NCBI GenBank assembly: GCA_903879985.1
Contig: CAIRNR010000007.1
Span: 649,925 to 713,924 of the forward strand
Origin: an uncultured candidate division WWE3 bacterium
GTDB lineage: Bacteria > Patescibacteriota > WWE3 > UBA101185 > UBA10185
Reading direction: 5' to 3'
DNA: 64,000 bases
In this document: piece after piece, positions 56,163 through 64,000 of the stretch
Layout: the number at the start of each line of letters is the position of its first letter
Position numbering within the stretch: the stretch's first letter is position 1
Notes under the pieces: model-generated
What the model was told of the DNA's origin: nothing
Seen by the model: only the letters and a program-made list of their open reading frames with translations
Databases searched by the model: none
Program-made: the position numbers and the translations under genes

Positions 56163-57926
56163 ATGCCTACAGATACATTAAAAACAGTTGCAGACGTATT
56201 GTTTGAAAAAAAACTGATAAATTCGGAGCAGCTAACTGCAGTTAAATTTGAAAGCTCCAATACCGGCAGGACTGTTGATCAAATTATAAAAGAACGAAAC
56301 TATGTAAACGCCGATGACTACGCCGAAGCTCTTGGTCAGGTTTACAATATTAAATTTGCAACTATTACTCCACAAGAACTTGATCCTGTTTTACTTGATA
56401 TCGTTCCTTTAAGTGTTGCAAAAAGATATAAGTTTGTTCCATTTAAGCTTGAAGACAATAAATTATTCTTGGCAATGGTAGATCCTTTGGATTTGCAAAC
56501 AATTGATTTTATAGAACGAAAATCCGGCTACAAAGTAGTTCCCTACATCACAACCGAAAAGAATATTGAAAAAGTCTTGGAAGAACAAAAAGGAAAAGAA
56601 CTTGGCGAGGAAATATCGGCGGCACTCCAGGAAATCAATCAAAAGACAATTAAAATAGAGGAAACTTCAGGAGAAATTACTGATGCCACTTTAAGAGATG
56701 CACCAATTGCACGTATTGTAGGCATGATTTTGGAAACGGCAGTAAAAACTGGCGCCTCGGATGTGCACCTAGAACCTGGTGAACTTGAGTCGCGTCTTCG
56801 ATATCGTGTTGATGGTATTTTGGAAGAAAAGCGAAAACTTCCAAAACCAATGCATGACTCTATAGTTGCCCGTATAAAAATCCTTTGTAACATGAAGATT
56901 GACGAAAAGCGTATTCCTCAGGACGGCCGATTTAAAGTTCAAGTAGGAACTACCGAAACCGACCTTCGTGTGTCTACCCTACCAACGATTTTCGGTGAGA
57001 AGGTTGTTATCCGACTATTAAAAGAAGAAGGTACAATTTATTCATACAGAGACTTAGGCATGCGCGGATTAACCTTAAAACGTTTTGAAGAAACATCTTT
57101 GCAACCTGACGGAATGATTTTAGTTACTGGTCCTACAGGCTGTGGTAAAACTGTTACTTTAGCCTCGGCACTTAGTAAACTTAATACTGTACGTGTAAAC
57201 ATTGTTACACTTGAAGATCCGGTAGAAATTAAAGTTGAAGGAGTCAACCAAGTTCAAGTAAATCCTCAAGCAGGTTTAACTTTTGCCGACGGTTTACGCT
57301 CATTCTTACGACAAGATCCAAACATCATCATGGTAGGAGAAATTCGAGACAGTGCTACAGCCGAACTTGCAGTACATGCGGCCTTAACCGGGCACTTAGT
57401 TCTTTCTACTTTACATACAAATTCTGCAGCCAGTGCTGTTCCTCGTCTACTTGATATGGGTGTAGAAAGCTTTTTAATTTCCTCAACTTTAAATGCTGTT
57501 TTAGCTCAACGCTTGGTACGAAAAGTTTGTACCGAATGTAAAGAGGAAATAGAACCACCTGAGGAAGTTGCTAATGAAATTAGAAATTATTTAGAAACTA
57601 TATCTAAAAATGAAGTGTTAATGCTTAAAGATCATGAGGTCGCAAAAGTTGTAACAGCTGGATTGGCGGAGCCGAAAATAAAAACATACCGAGGTAAAGG
57701 CTGTCTTCGTTGTGCAAACACGGGTTACAAAGGACGAATCGGTATTTATGAATTATTAAAGATGTCAGACGCTCTTGGAAAATTAACACTAGAAAATGCA
57801 CCTACCAACGCAATGGAGGCGCAGGCTATAAAAGAAGGAATGCTAACTTTATTACAAGATGGTTACTTGCGTATTGTAGAAGGTGTAACTACCATTGAAG
57901 AGGTAATGAGAGTAGCAAAAGATTGA
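56163..57926 (+). CDS. pilB: type IV pilus assembly ATPase PilB (GspE family)
   Basis: N-terminal GSPII_E_N-like domain. Walker A 'VTGPTGCGKTVTLASAL', Asp box, His box and the tetracysteine motif 'CTEC...CLRC'. Confidence 0.85.
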   Translation: MPTDTLKTVADVLFEKKLINSEQLTAVKFESSNTGRTVDQIIKERNYVNADDYAEALGQVYNIKFATITPQELDPVLLDIVPLSVAKRYKFVPFKLEDNKLFLAMVDPLDLQTIDFIERKSGYKVVPYITTEKNIEKVLEEQKGKELGEEISAALQEINQKTIKIEETSGEITDATLRDAPIARIVGMILETAVKTGASDVHLEPGELESRLRYRVDGILEEKRKLPKPMHDSIVARIKILCNMKIDEKRIPQDGRFKVQVGTTETDLRVSTLPTIFGEKVVIRLLKEEGTIYSYRDLGMRGLTLKRFEETSLQPDGMILVTGPTGCGKTVTLASALSKLNTVRVNIVTLEDPVEIKVEGVNQVQVNPQAGLTFADGLRSFLRQDPNIIMVGEIRDSATAELAVHAALTGHLVLSTLHTNSAASAVPRLLDMGVESFLISSTLNAVLAQRLVRKVCTECKEEIEPPEEVANEIRNYLETISKNEVLMLKDHEVAKVVTAGLAEPKIKTYRGKGCLRCANTGYKGRIGIYELLKMSDALGKLTLENAPTNAMEAQAIKEGMLTLLQDGYLRIVEGVTTIEEVMRVAKD

Positions 57927-57995
57927 CGTTTTGACGCGAAGCCGTTGTGCATTTCGGCGAGCGTGTGTTGGAAAAGCTAACAAGCACAAATTTAT

Positions 57996-59072
57996 ATGAA
58001 ACTAAACGCAACACAAATACTAGAACAAATAATAGCAACAGGTGCATCAGACTTGCATCTATGCGTTGGTGCCCCACCCTACATTAGAGTAAAAACAGTT
58101 CTTAAACCTATGGAGAACATGCCTGTTTTAACAATTGATGATTTGGAATATTTTTTGTCCCAAATTGTCGATACTCAGCAACGTGAGATTTTAGAAATTA
58201 ACAAGGAACTGGATTTTTCTGTTGCTCTAGGTAATAAAGCGCGCTTTAGAGTTAACGCCTTTTTCCAAAAAGGTTACCCTGCTTTGGCAATGCGTTATAT
58301 TCCTATGCACGTTCCGACATTAGCTGAATTAAACCTTCCTCCATATATAGCTAACCTTTGTAATATAAAACAAGGATTAATTTTAGTCGTCGGTCCTACA
58401 GGTCATGGAAAATCTACAACATTGGCTGCAATGATCGATCAGATTAATGGTTCCCGTTCTGAACATATTGTTACTATTGAAGATCCAATTGAATATGTAT
58501 TCACAAACAAACTTTCACTAATTAATCAAAGAGAAATGTACTTAGACTCGCATTCTTGGGATGTTTCACTTAAGTCAGCTTTGCGACAGGATCCAAACGT
58601 TGTTTTAATCGGAGAAATGCGTGATGCCGAAACTATAGCGGCTGTTTTGCAAATAGCGGAGTCAGGACATTTGGTTTTTGCTACTTTGCATACAAATTCC
58701 GCGGCACAATCTGTAGAAAGAATAATTGCTTCATTTCCAAATGAAAAACAAAATGAAGTTAGATCCCAACTTGCGCAAGTTATTGAAGTTGTAATATCTC
58801 AAAGACTTATTCCATCGCCTTCTAAAGGTGTCTTACCTGCACTTGAAATATTATTGGCAACAGACGCAGTTAAAAACCTTGTTCGTGAAGGTAAAGGATT
58901 TATGTTAGATAATATAATTAGTACAAGTTCCCAGTTGGGCATGGTAAGTTTAGAAAGAAGCTTGGCAATGATGGTAAACAGAGGAGAAGTTGAATTTTTA
59001 GAAGCAATTAAATATGCACCCCGTGGTGCAGAATTTAAGAGATTAGTAGATTCTAAGTTTCAGAAAGAATAA
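57996..59072 (+). CDS. pilT: type IV pilus retraction ATPase PilT
   Basis: Walker A 'VVGPTGHGKSTTLAAM'. At 358 aa it is PilT-size, and 'AIKYAPRG' is present at the C-terminus. Confidence 0.8.
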   Translation: MKLNATQILEQIIATGASDLHLCVGAPPYIRVKTVLKPMENMPVLTIDDLEYFLSQIVDTQQREILEINKELDFSVALGNKARFRVNAFFQKGYPALAMRYIPMHVPTLAELNLPPYIANLCNIKQGLILVVGPTGHGKSTTLAAMIDQINGSRSEHIVTIEDPIEYVFTNKLSLINQREMYLDSHSWDVSLKSALRQDPNVVLIGEMRDAETIAAVLQIAESGHLVFATLHTNSAAQSVERIIASFPNEKQNEVRSQLAQVIEVVISQRLIPSPSKGVLPALEILLATDAVKNLVREGKGFMLDNIISTSSQLGMVSLERSLAMMVNRGEVEFLEAIKYAPRGAEFKRLVDSKFQKE

Positions 59073-59081
59073 TATTTAAAA

Positions 59082-60284
59082 ATGGCCGTATTTATCTACA
59101 CAGCAAAAAACATAGCAGGCAAAACTATTACAGGTACTGTTGATGCTCGTGCACAAGATGTTGCTTTAGGATTATTAAAGGACCAAGGTCTTTATGTTGT
59201 AGCAATATCAGAACAATACGATAGTTTATTGCAAAGAATTTTAAACTTCGGTGGTGTTCCCTTTGGTGACGTTGTTTCCTTTACACGACAGTTTTCAACA
59301 ATGATTTCTGCCGGACTACCTATTTCACGCTCATTAGATGTGTTGGCTGCACAAATGACCAACCAAAATTTTAAAAAGATTATTTACGAAATGCTGCGTT
59401 CCGTTGAAGGTGGTGCTACCTTATCTTCTGCAATAGCGAAATATCCAAACGTATTTCCGGTAACATATCAGGCTTTGGTTAAAGCAGGAGAATCTTCAGG
59501 TAAGTTGGAAGTAATATTACGAAGACTTGCCGATACAATGGAATCTTCAAGAAGTTTAAGGTCAAAGTTTAGTGCCGCAATGATTTATCCGGCAATTGTT
59601 TTAATTGCTATGGTAGTGGTATTTATTATCATGATGGTAGCTGTTATTCCGAAGCTTGCTGATATGTATGTGGGTATGGGTGTTGAGCTACCTTTTATTA
59701 CACAAGTGATGATAAACATGTCTCACTTTATGTCTACTTACATAGTATTTATCTTAGGTGCTATGGCTGCTGCTTTTTTGGGGATTCGTTACTTTTTGAC
59801 AACAGAAGAAGGAAAATATATTTTTTCTGAAGTTATGGTTAGAGTTCCTGTTTTTGGAAAGATCAACAAACAAAGTGACTACGCCCAATTTTGTAAAACT
59901 TTAGCCTTATTAATGGATTCAGCAGTACCTATTGTTGAATCTTTGACCATTGTCTCCACAATTTTGTCCAACCCTACCATGCGTAAGTCAGTTCTAGATG
60001 CAGCTAAGCAGGTAGAAAAAGGTGTTTCGCTATCAAATTATTTCAAATCCACCGATATGTTTCCGCCACTTATTTCTCAAATGTCCAGTGTTGGTGAAGA
60101 AACAGGAAAGATGAGTGAGGTACTCGATCGTGTTGCTACTTTTTACGAAGGCGAAGTTGATAACTTGGTTCGTGGCTTGTCGGCGGCACTTGAACCTATA
60201 ATTTTAATAGTTCTTGGTAGCATGGTCGGTGTTTTGATTGTTTCGATAATCACACCTATATATAAAATCACCAGCTCTTTATAA
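59082..60284 (+). CDS. pilC: type IV pilus platform protein PilC (GspF family)
   Basis: Two T2SSF-like repeats and 3 TM helices. 'LPISRSLDVLAAQ' and 'LSNYFKSTDMFPPLISQMSSVGEETG'. Confidence 0.8.
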   Translation: MAVFIYTAKNIAGKTITGTVDARAQDVALGLLKDQGLYVVAISEQYDSLLQRILNFGGVPFGDVVSFTRQFSTMISAGLPISRSLDVLAAQMTNQNFKKIIYEMLRSVEGGATLSSAIAKYPNVFPVTYQALVKAGESSGKLEVILRRLADTMESSRSLRSKFSAAMIYPAIVLIAMVVVFIIMMVAVIPKLADMYVGMGVELPFITQVMINMSHFMSTYIVFILGAMAAAFLGIRYFLTTEEGKYIFSEVMVRVPVFGKINKQSDYAQFCKTLALLMDSAVPIVESLTIVSTILSNPTMRKSVLDAAKQVEKGVSLSNYFKSTDMFPPLISQMSSVGEETGKMSEVLDRVATFYEGEVDNLVRGLSAALEPIILIVLGSMVGVLIVSIITPIYKITSSL

Positions 60285-60315
60285 GTTTTATATCCAATGT
60301 TAATATTGTTTCAAC

Positions 60316-60813
60316 ATGCATAGACGTACCGGTTTTACACTTATAGAAGTTTTGTTCGTGATATCCGTTGTGTGTGTTATTTTTGGAACACTCCTTGTAG
60401 CAGCTAATCCAAAAGCATTAATGCAAAAATCTCGTGATGCCAAACGTATGCAAGATATGGACGCTATGCTAAAGGCTATTAATTTAGCTTTGGCCGATGG
60501 CGAAATTACGCTGGTTCCAACAGCTACCTGCACAAATTGCTCAAGCTCAACTGGATCTCAGGCTGTTGATGGTTCTGGATATATAAAGTTTAAAATTGTA
60601 GATGGGAAAAAAGGTTTGACCAAATACAGTATCGATTCGCTTCCGTTGGATCCTATAAACAACGGTAAGTATGTTTATACTTTTGGTTCTACTGCAACAG
60701 GTTTTGAGTTGAATGCCGTCCTAGAAAATCCCGATAACGTCTCGAAAATGGGAACAGATGGCGGAAACGATTCAAATATGTACGAAGTAGGAACAAACCT
60801 TCAGATTTTATAA
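60316..60813 (+). CDS. type IV pilin (prepilin with class III signal peptide)
   Basis: 'MHRRTGFTLIEVLFVISVVCVIFG' has the G|FTLIE prepilin peptidase site with Glu5. Confidence 0.8.
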   Translation: MHRRTGFTLIEVLFVISVVCVIFGTLLVAANPKALMQKSRDAKRMQDMDAMLKAINLALADGEITLVPTATCTNCSSSTGSQAVDGSGYIKFKIVDGKKGLTKYSIDSLPLDPINNGKYVYTFGSTATGFELNAVLENPDNVSKMGTDGGNDSNMYEVGTNLQIL

Positions 60814-61706
60814 TGTTACCAACTGAAGTAATTTTTGTTTATTATGTTTTGGTTTTTGTTTTAGGAACGTTTATTGGTTCCTTTCTTAATCTTATCTCCG
60901 ATCGTGTTTTGACCGGTGAAACTTTTGTGCGTGGTAGATCCCATTGCGATCATTGCAAAAAAACTCTTGAACCAAAAAATTTAGTTCCAGTTCTTTCATT
61001 TTTGATACAGGGCGGCAAATGCGATAAATGCAAAACAAAACTTTCGTGGTACTACCCAGCTTCCGAAATGCTAACAGGTGTTTTATTTATATACGCTGCT
61101 TTTCTTTCAACTATATTTTTGTCCCCTACTCCAAAGAATTTAGTTAGTTTTCTATTTTTAATCGGTGTGTTTTGCTTTTTTACTATAATGCTTTTAACCG
61201 ACGCCAAGGAATTTATTATTCCTGACAAAGTTGTCTTTGCTGCCATAGCGTTTGTAATGGTCTTTTTGATTTTGACTTATTCTTTTGACATCGTAAGTTT
61301 GTATCTAAAGTTTTCTCACGATTCATTTGGTGCCTACTTAATTAAGTCTGGTTACTGGACTAGCCAGGTATTTGCAGTGCTTAAAGCCTTTGGACTAATA
61401 ATTATGAGTTCTTTTGCTATTGCAGGTTTCTTTTTATTCTTGGTGTTGATAACGCGCGGACGTGGCATGGGTGCGGGCGATATTAAGCTTGGATTTTTAT
61501 TGGGACTTGTAAATGGCTTTCCTTTAAACATTATTGCAATATTTCTGGGATTTGTATTAGGTGCAGTGTATAGCTTGTTTCTAATTGTTTTTCGAAAGAC
61601 AACTATAAAAGACACTATAGCTTTTGGTCCATTTTTGATTTTGGGAAGTTTAATTTGCTTGCTTTACGGCAGTATTATTTTGAACTGGTATATCCACTTA
61701 CTGTAA
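60813..61706 (+). CDS. pilD: prepilin peptidase PilD (A24 family)
   Basis: N-terminal Zn-binding 'CDHCKK...CDKCK', polytopic, and 'GAGDIKLG' with catalytic Asp context. Confidence 0.8.
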   Translation: MLPTEVIFVYYVLVFVLGTFIGSFLNLISDRVLTGETFVRGRSHCDHCKKTLEPKNLVPVLSFLIQGGKCDKCKTKLSWYYPASEMLTGVLFIYAAFLSTIFLSPTPKNLVSFLFLIGVFCFFTIMLLTDAKEFIIPDKVVFAAIAFVMVFLILTYSFDIVSLYLKFSHDSFGAYLIKSGYWTSQVFAVLKAFGLIIMSSFAIAGFFLFLVLITRGRGMGAGDIKLGFLLGLVNGFPLNIIAIFLGFVLGAVYSLFLIVFRKTTIKDTIAFGPFLILGSLICLLYGSIILNWYIHLL

Positions 61707-63099
61707 TTTTGTTTTTCGCAATTGTAAACCAGAAAGTACTTCCCTTGCCGGATCCTTCGGAGATTGCGCCTACTTTTCCGCCCATACCTTCCACGTATAA
61801 TTTAACAATATAAAGTCCCAGTCCCGTTCCACCAACTTCAGTGGCGATTGTGTATGAATTATCGATTCGCCCAAACTTATGAAACAGTTTTTGTAAGTCG
61901 TTTGGCTCAATTCCTAATCCCGAGTCTTTGATCCATATTTTAACTGCATCTTCGCTTTCATCAATCCCCACAATAAAGCCGCCATCTTTTGTAAACTTAA
62001 ATGCGTTTTCCATTAAATTGGTTAAAACTTCTCTTAGTTTTTGCTCGTCGCAATCAACATAAATAGGTTCGTAGTCTTTGTACATGCCGGTAGCTATTCC
62101 TTTTTCCTTGGCGCGTATCTCAAACCCTGATAAAACATCTTTTATTATGGATACAATTTCAAGTTGGACTATGTTGTACGTAACTTTCTTTTGCTCAAAT
62201 CTGGAAATATTTAACATGTCGTTGATTAAGTTGATCATTCTTTGGGTACCGTCGGAAGCTTTATGTAAATATTCAAGTTGCTTTGTGTTCATTTTTCCTG
62301 CTTCTTGTTGATCTAACATCCAAAGGTAACTCTTAACTATGGTCATAGGTGTCCTAAGTTCATGTGACGCCACTGACAAAAATTCGTCTTTTAAGGTATT
62401 TAAAACCTGTAAGTTTGCAAAGGCTTTGTGAAGTTCTTCTTTTTCTGTTTTTAATTTAGAAAACTGACGTGCGTTTTCAATAGCTATTCCAACATTCTTT
62501 GAAAATTTCTTTAATAAACTTCTTTCAAAGTTGGTTACTTGATCCATGGTTTTTGGTAAACCCACAATTAATATACCGATAACGTCACCACGTGCAAATA
62601 TTGGTGTGACAATAATAGCTGTGGCGCTAACAGTATCCTGAATTGTGCCCGCTTGCTCTTTTGTTATTACAGGTTTAAAAACTTCCCACAAATATGGTGA
62701 TACAAACTGTTTTGCTTCTTTAAAAGCTTTAACAGCCAAGTTATCTTCGTAGCCGTAAGGAATATTTATCGCGTTATATAGCGGTGCCAGAACTTTTGAA
62801 AGGTTTACATCTTCAGCGTATTTAGAAACTGAGGCTTTAACTAATCTTTGGTTTTCTGGTTCGCTGGTTAGTATTAAACCCAATTGATATCCCATTGCTG
62901 CCGGAATAAGATCTACAATTCTTTGAGTAAGATCTGAAAATTCTGTAGTGTCCAAAACAAGCTGAATAAGTTTATTTGTCGCGTCTAAAGCGCGATTCCG
63001 GTCTATTATTTCCAGAACCTCACTCTCTTCTAGTTGGACGGGCAGGTTATTTGTTAAGTCCATACAATTATTATGCGGGTTGGGTTTGGTGTTGTCCAC
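61675..63099 (-). CDS. sensor histidine kinase with N-terminal GAF-like domain (cytoplasmic)
   Basis: H-box 'SHELRTPMT', N-box 'LMENAFKFT' and G-boxes 'DSGLGIEPN' and 'GGTGLGLYIV'. No TM segments seen. Confidence 0.8.
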   Translation of the reverse strand: MDNTKPNPHNNCMDLTNNLPVQLEESEVLEIIDRNRALDATNKLIQLVLDTTEFSDLTQRIVDLIPAAMGYQLGLILTSEPENQRLVKASVSKYAEDVNLSKVLAPLYNAINIPYGYEDNLAVKAFKEAKQFVSPYLWEVFKPVITKEQAGTIQDTVSATAIIVTPIFARGDVIGILIVGLPKTMDQVTNFERSLLKKFSKNVGIAIENARQFSKLKTEKEELHKAFANLQVLNTLKDEFLSVASHELRTPMTIVKSYLWMLDQQEAGKMNTKQLEYLHKASDGTQRMINLINDMLNISRFEQKKVTYNIVQLEIVSIIKDVLSGFEIRAKEKGIATGMYKDYEPIYVDCDEQKLREVLTNLMENAFKFTKDGGFIVGIDESEDAVKIWIKDSGLGIEPNDLQKLFHKFGRIDNSYTIATEVGGTGLGLYIVKLYVEGMGGKVGAISEGSGKGSTFWFTIAKNKITVSGYTSSK

Positions 63100-63124
63100 A
63101 CGCGTAATATGTTATAAATAACAT

Positions 63125-63514
63125 ATGCCCAGTAATCGTAAAAAAGTATTAATTATCGAAGACGAAACCGATATTAGATTTTTATATTCCACGGTCTTAA
63201 AATCTGCAGGTTATATTGTTGATGAAGCACCTAACGGTGAAATAGGCCTGGAAAAAATAAAGAGTACAGACTGGAATATTTTGCTTTTGGATATAATGCT
63301 TCCCGGAAAAGATGGTTTAAAAATTTTGCAGGATATTAAAGAGTCTCCTGAATATAAAAAAGGTCCCATTGTTTGTTTAACAAACTTAAACAGTGACACA
63401 ATTATTCAAGAATCATTTAAAGCCGGTTCAGATGATTACCTGATTAAGTCAGAAATAACGCCCGACAGAATTGTTGCGGAGGTCGAAAAGCTTATTGGAC
63501 ATTCTCAAAAGTAG
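63125..63514 (+). CDS. single-domain response regulator (receiver only)
   Basis: 'KVLIIEDE', phospho-acceptor 'LLLDIMLPGKDG', 'VCLT' and 'KAGSDDYLIK'. Confidence 0.8.
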   Translation: MPSNRKKVLIIEDETDIRFLYSTVLKSAGYIVDEAPNGEIGLEKIKSTDWNILLLDIMLPGKDGLKILQDIKESPEYKKGPIVCLTNLNSDTIIQESFKAGSDDYLIKSEITPDRIVAEVEKLIGHSQK

Positions 63515-63580
63515 GCTGTCTAAGGCTTGGAGCTAGCGGCACTTGTAATAAAAAAGTAAATTGGTGATAATTAGTTAAAT

Positions 63581-64000
63581 ATGTCTGCCAGAAAACGAAA
63601 TTTCTTTTTATTTATTATTGTCTTTGTTGGTGTTGTTTATTCTTCATATATTGTTATTTCTAATCTAAATACATCGGCAATTTTTGAAGATTTAAGGAAT
63701 TTAGTTATGCAAGTAGTTCCAGGCAAAAACAAACCTGCTGAAACTGCGCAGGAAAGTTCTTCGACTGTCACACCTACTCCTCTGCCGAATACTGCGGTAA
63801 TAACCCACAACGATGACGCATTTTATGATTCTGAGGTAGCCTTGTTTACTACTCCTGAAACAACACAATCTTTAAAGGTTATTCTCAAACATTTTATTAA
63901 GTTCAGGGATGAAGTTTTCCCACAGTGGAATACGTTGTATTGGGACAGAAATAACGATTATGTTTTTGGACATATAACGAAAATGGACGTTGTAAATAAG
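63581..64000 (+). CDS. hypothetical signal-anchored protein, 3' end outside window
   Basis: ATG at 63581 with an N-terminal TM helix 'FFLFIIVFVGVVYSSYIVI'. The frame stays open to the window end. Confidence 0.35.
   Translation, partial: MSARKRNFFLFIIVFVGVVYSSYIVISNLNTSAIFEDLRNLVMQVVPGKNKPAETAQESSSTVTPTPLPNTAVITHNDDAFYDSEVALFTTPETTQSLKVILKHFIKFRDEVFPQWNTLYWDRNNDYVFGHITKMDVVNK

Noticed and set aside
1-64000. Looked for CRISPR arrays, rRNA genes and IS transposases
   Set aside because: No regularly spaced direct repeats, no rRNA-like conserved stretches, and no DDE transposase or terminal inverted-repeat pairs were seen.

Overview
This 64 kb window is low-GC and densely packed with small genes. 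It looks like a reduced-genome, Patescibacteria/CPR-like bacterium, but that is an inference from gene content and style only.

Housekeeping backbone (motif-level calls):
- Translation: cysS (partial), ychF, rpsF-ssb-rpsR, prfA (RF1), rpmE, hisS, tRNA-Leu(CAA), efp, rluD-like.
- Protein quality control and envelope: an S41 C-terminal protease with a duplicated N-terminal module, htrA/degP, an lspA-like gene, an LCP-like protein.
- DNA: dnaB, yebC-ruvC, a xerC-like tyrosine recombinase, rnhB, gyrA-hppA-gyrB, a holB-like gene.
- A complete type IV pilus operon (pilB-pilT-pilC-pilin-pilD) beside a GAF histidine kinase and a receiver-only response regulator.

Regions that stand out:
1. A roughly 3 kb block at about 6.4-9.3 kb that appears higher in GC. 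It has four orphan genes, and a conserved terminator hairpin is present three times. A near-identical ~125 bp leader carrying a TGTTCTaAGAACA palindrome is duplicated in front of two strongly diverged paralogs. It is preceded by a candidate ~180 nt sRNA with a textbook sigma70 promoter and an intrinsic terminator. This is the best candidate for an undescribed cassette.
2. An ~11 kb array of tightly packed or overlapping minus-strand genes downstream of gyrA (about 37.3-48.2 kb), encoding secreted or anchored surface proteins:
   - two paralogs with a shared C-terminal TM anchor and tail motif;
   - a Thr/Ser/Gly-rich protein and a 1679-aa giant protein that share a C-terminal ~90-aa module;
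   - a ~1.6 kb tandem intragenic duplication inside the giant protein;
   - a dockerin-like C-terminus next to a zinc-ribbon membrane protein with a beta-rich ectodomain.
3. A membrane-anchored VirD4/TraD-like P-loop ATPase.
4. A membrane domain fused to a DksA/TraR zinc finger, upstream of a short LspA-like gene.
5. A GreA N-terminal-domain-only protein next to gyrB.
6. A 750 bp AT-rich gap in front of an orphan ORF and a Xer-like recombinase.
7. A large orphan protein with an embedded SAM-methyltransferase fold.

No CRISPR array, rRNA or clear transposase was found.
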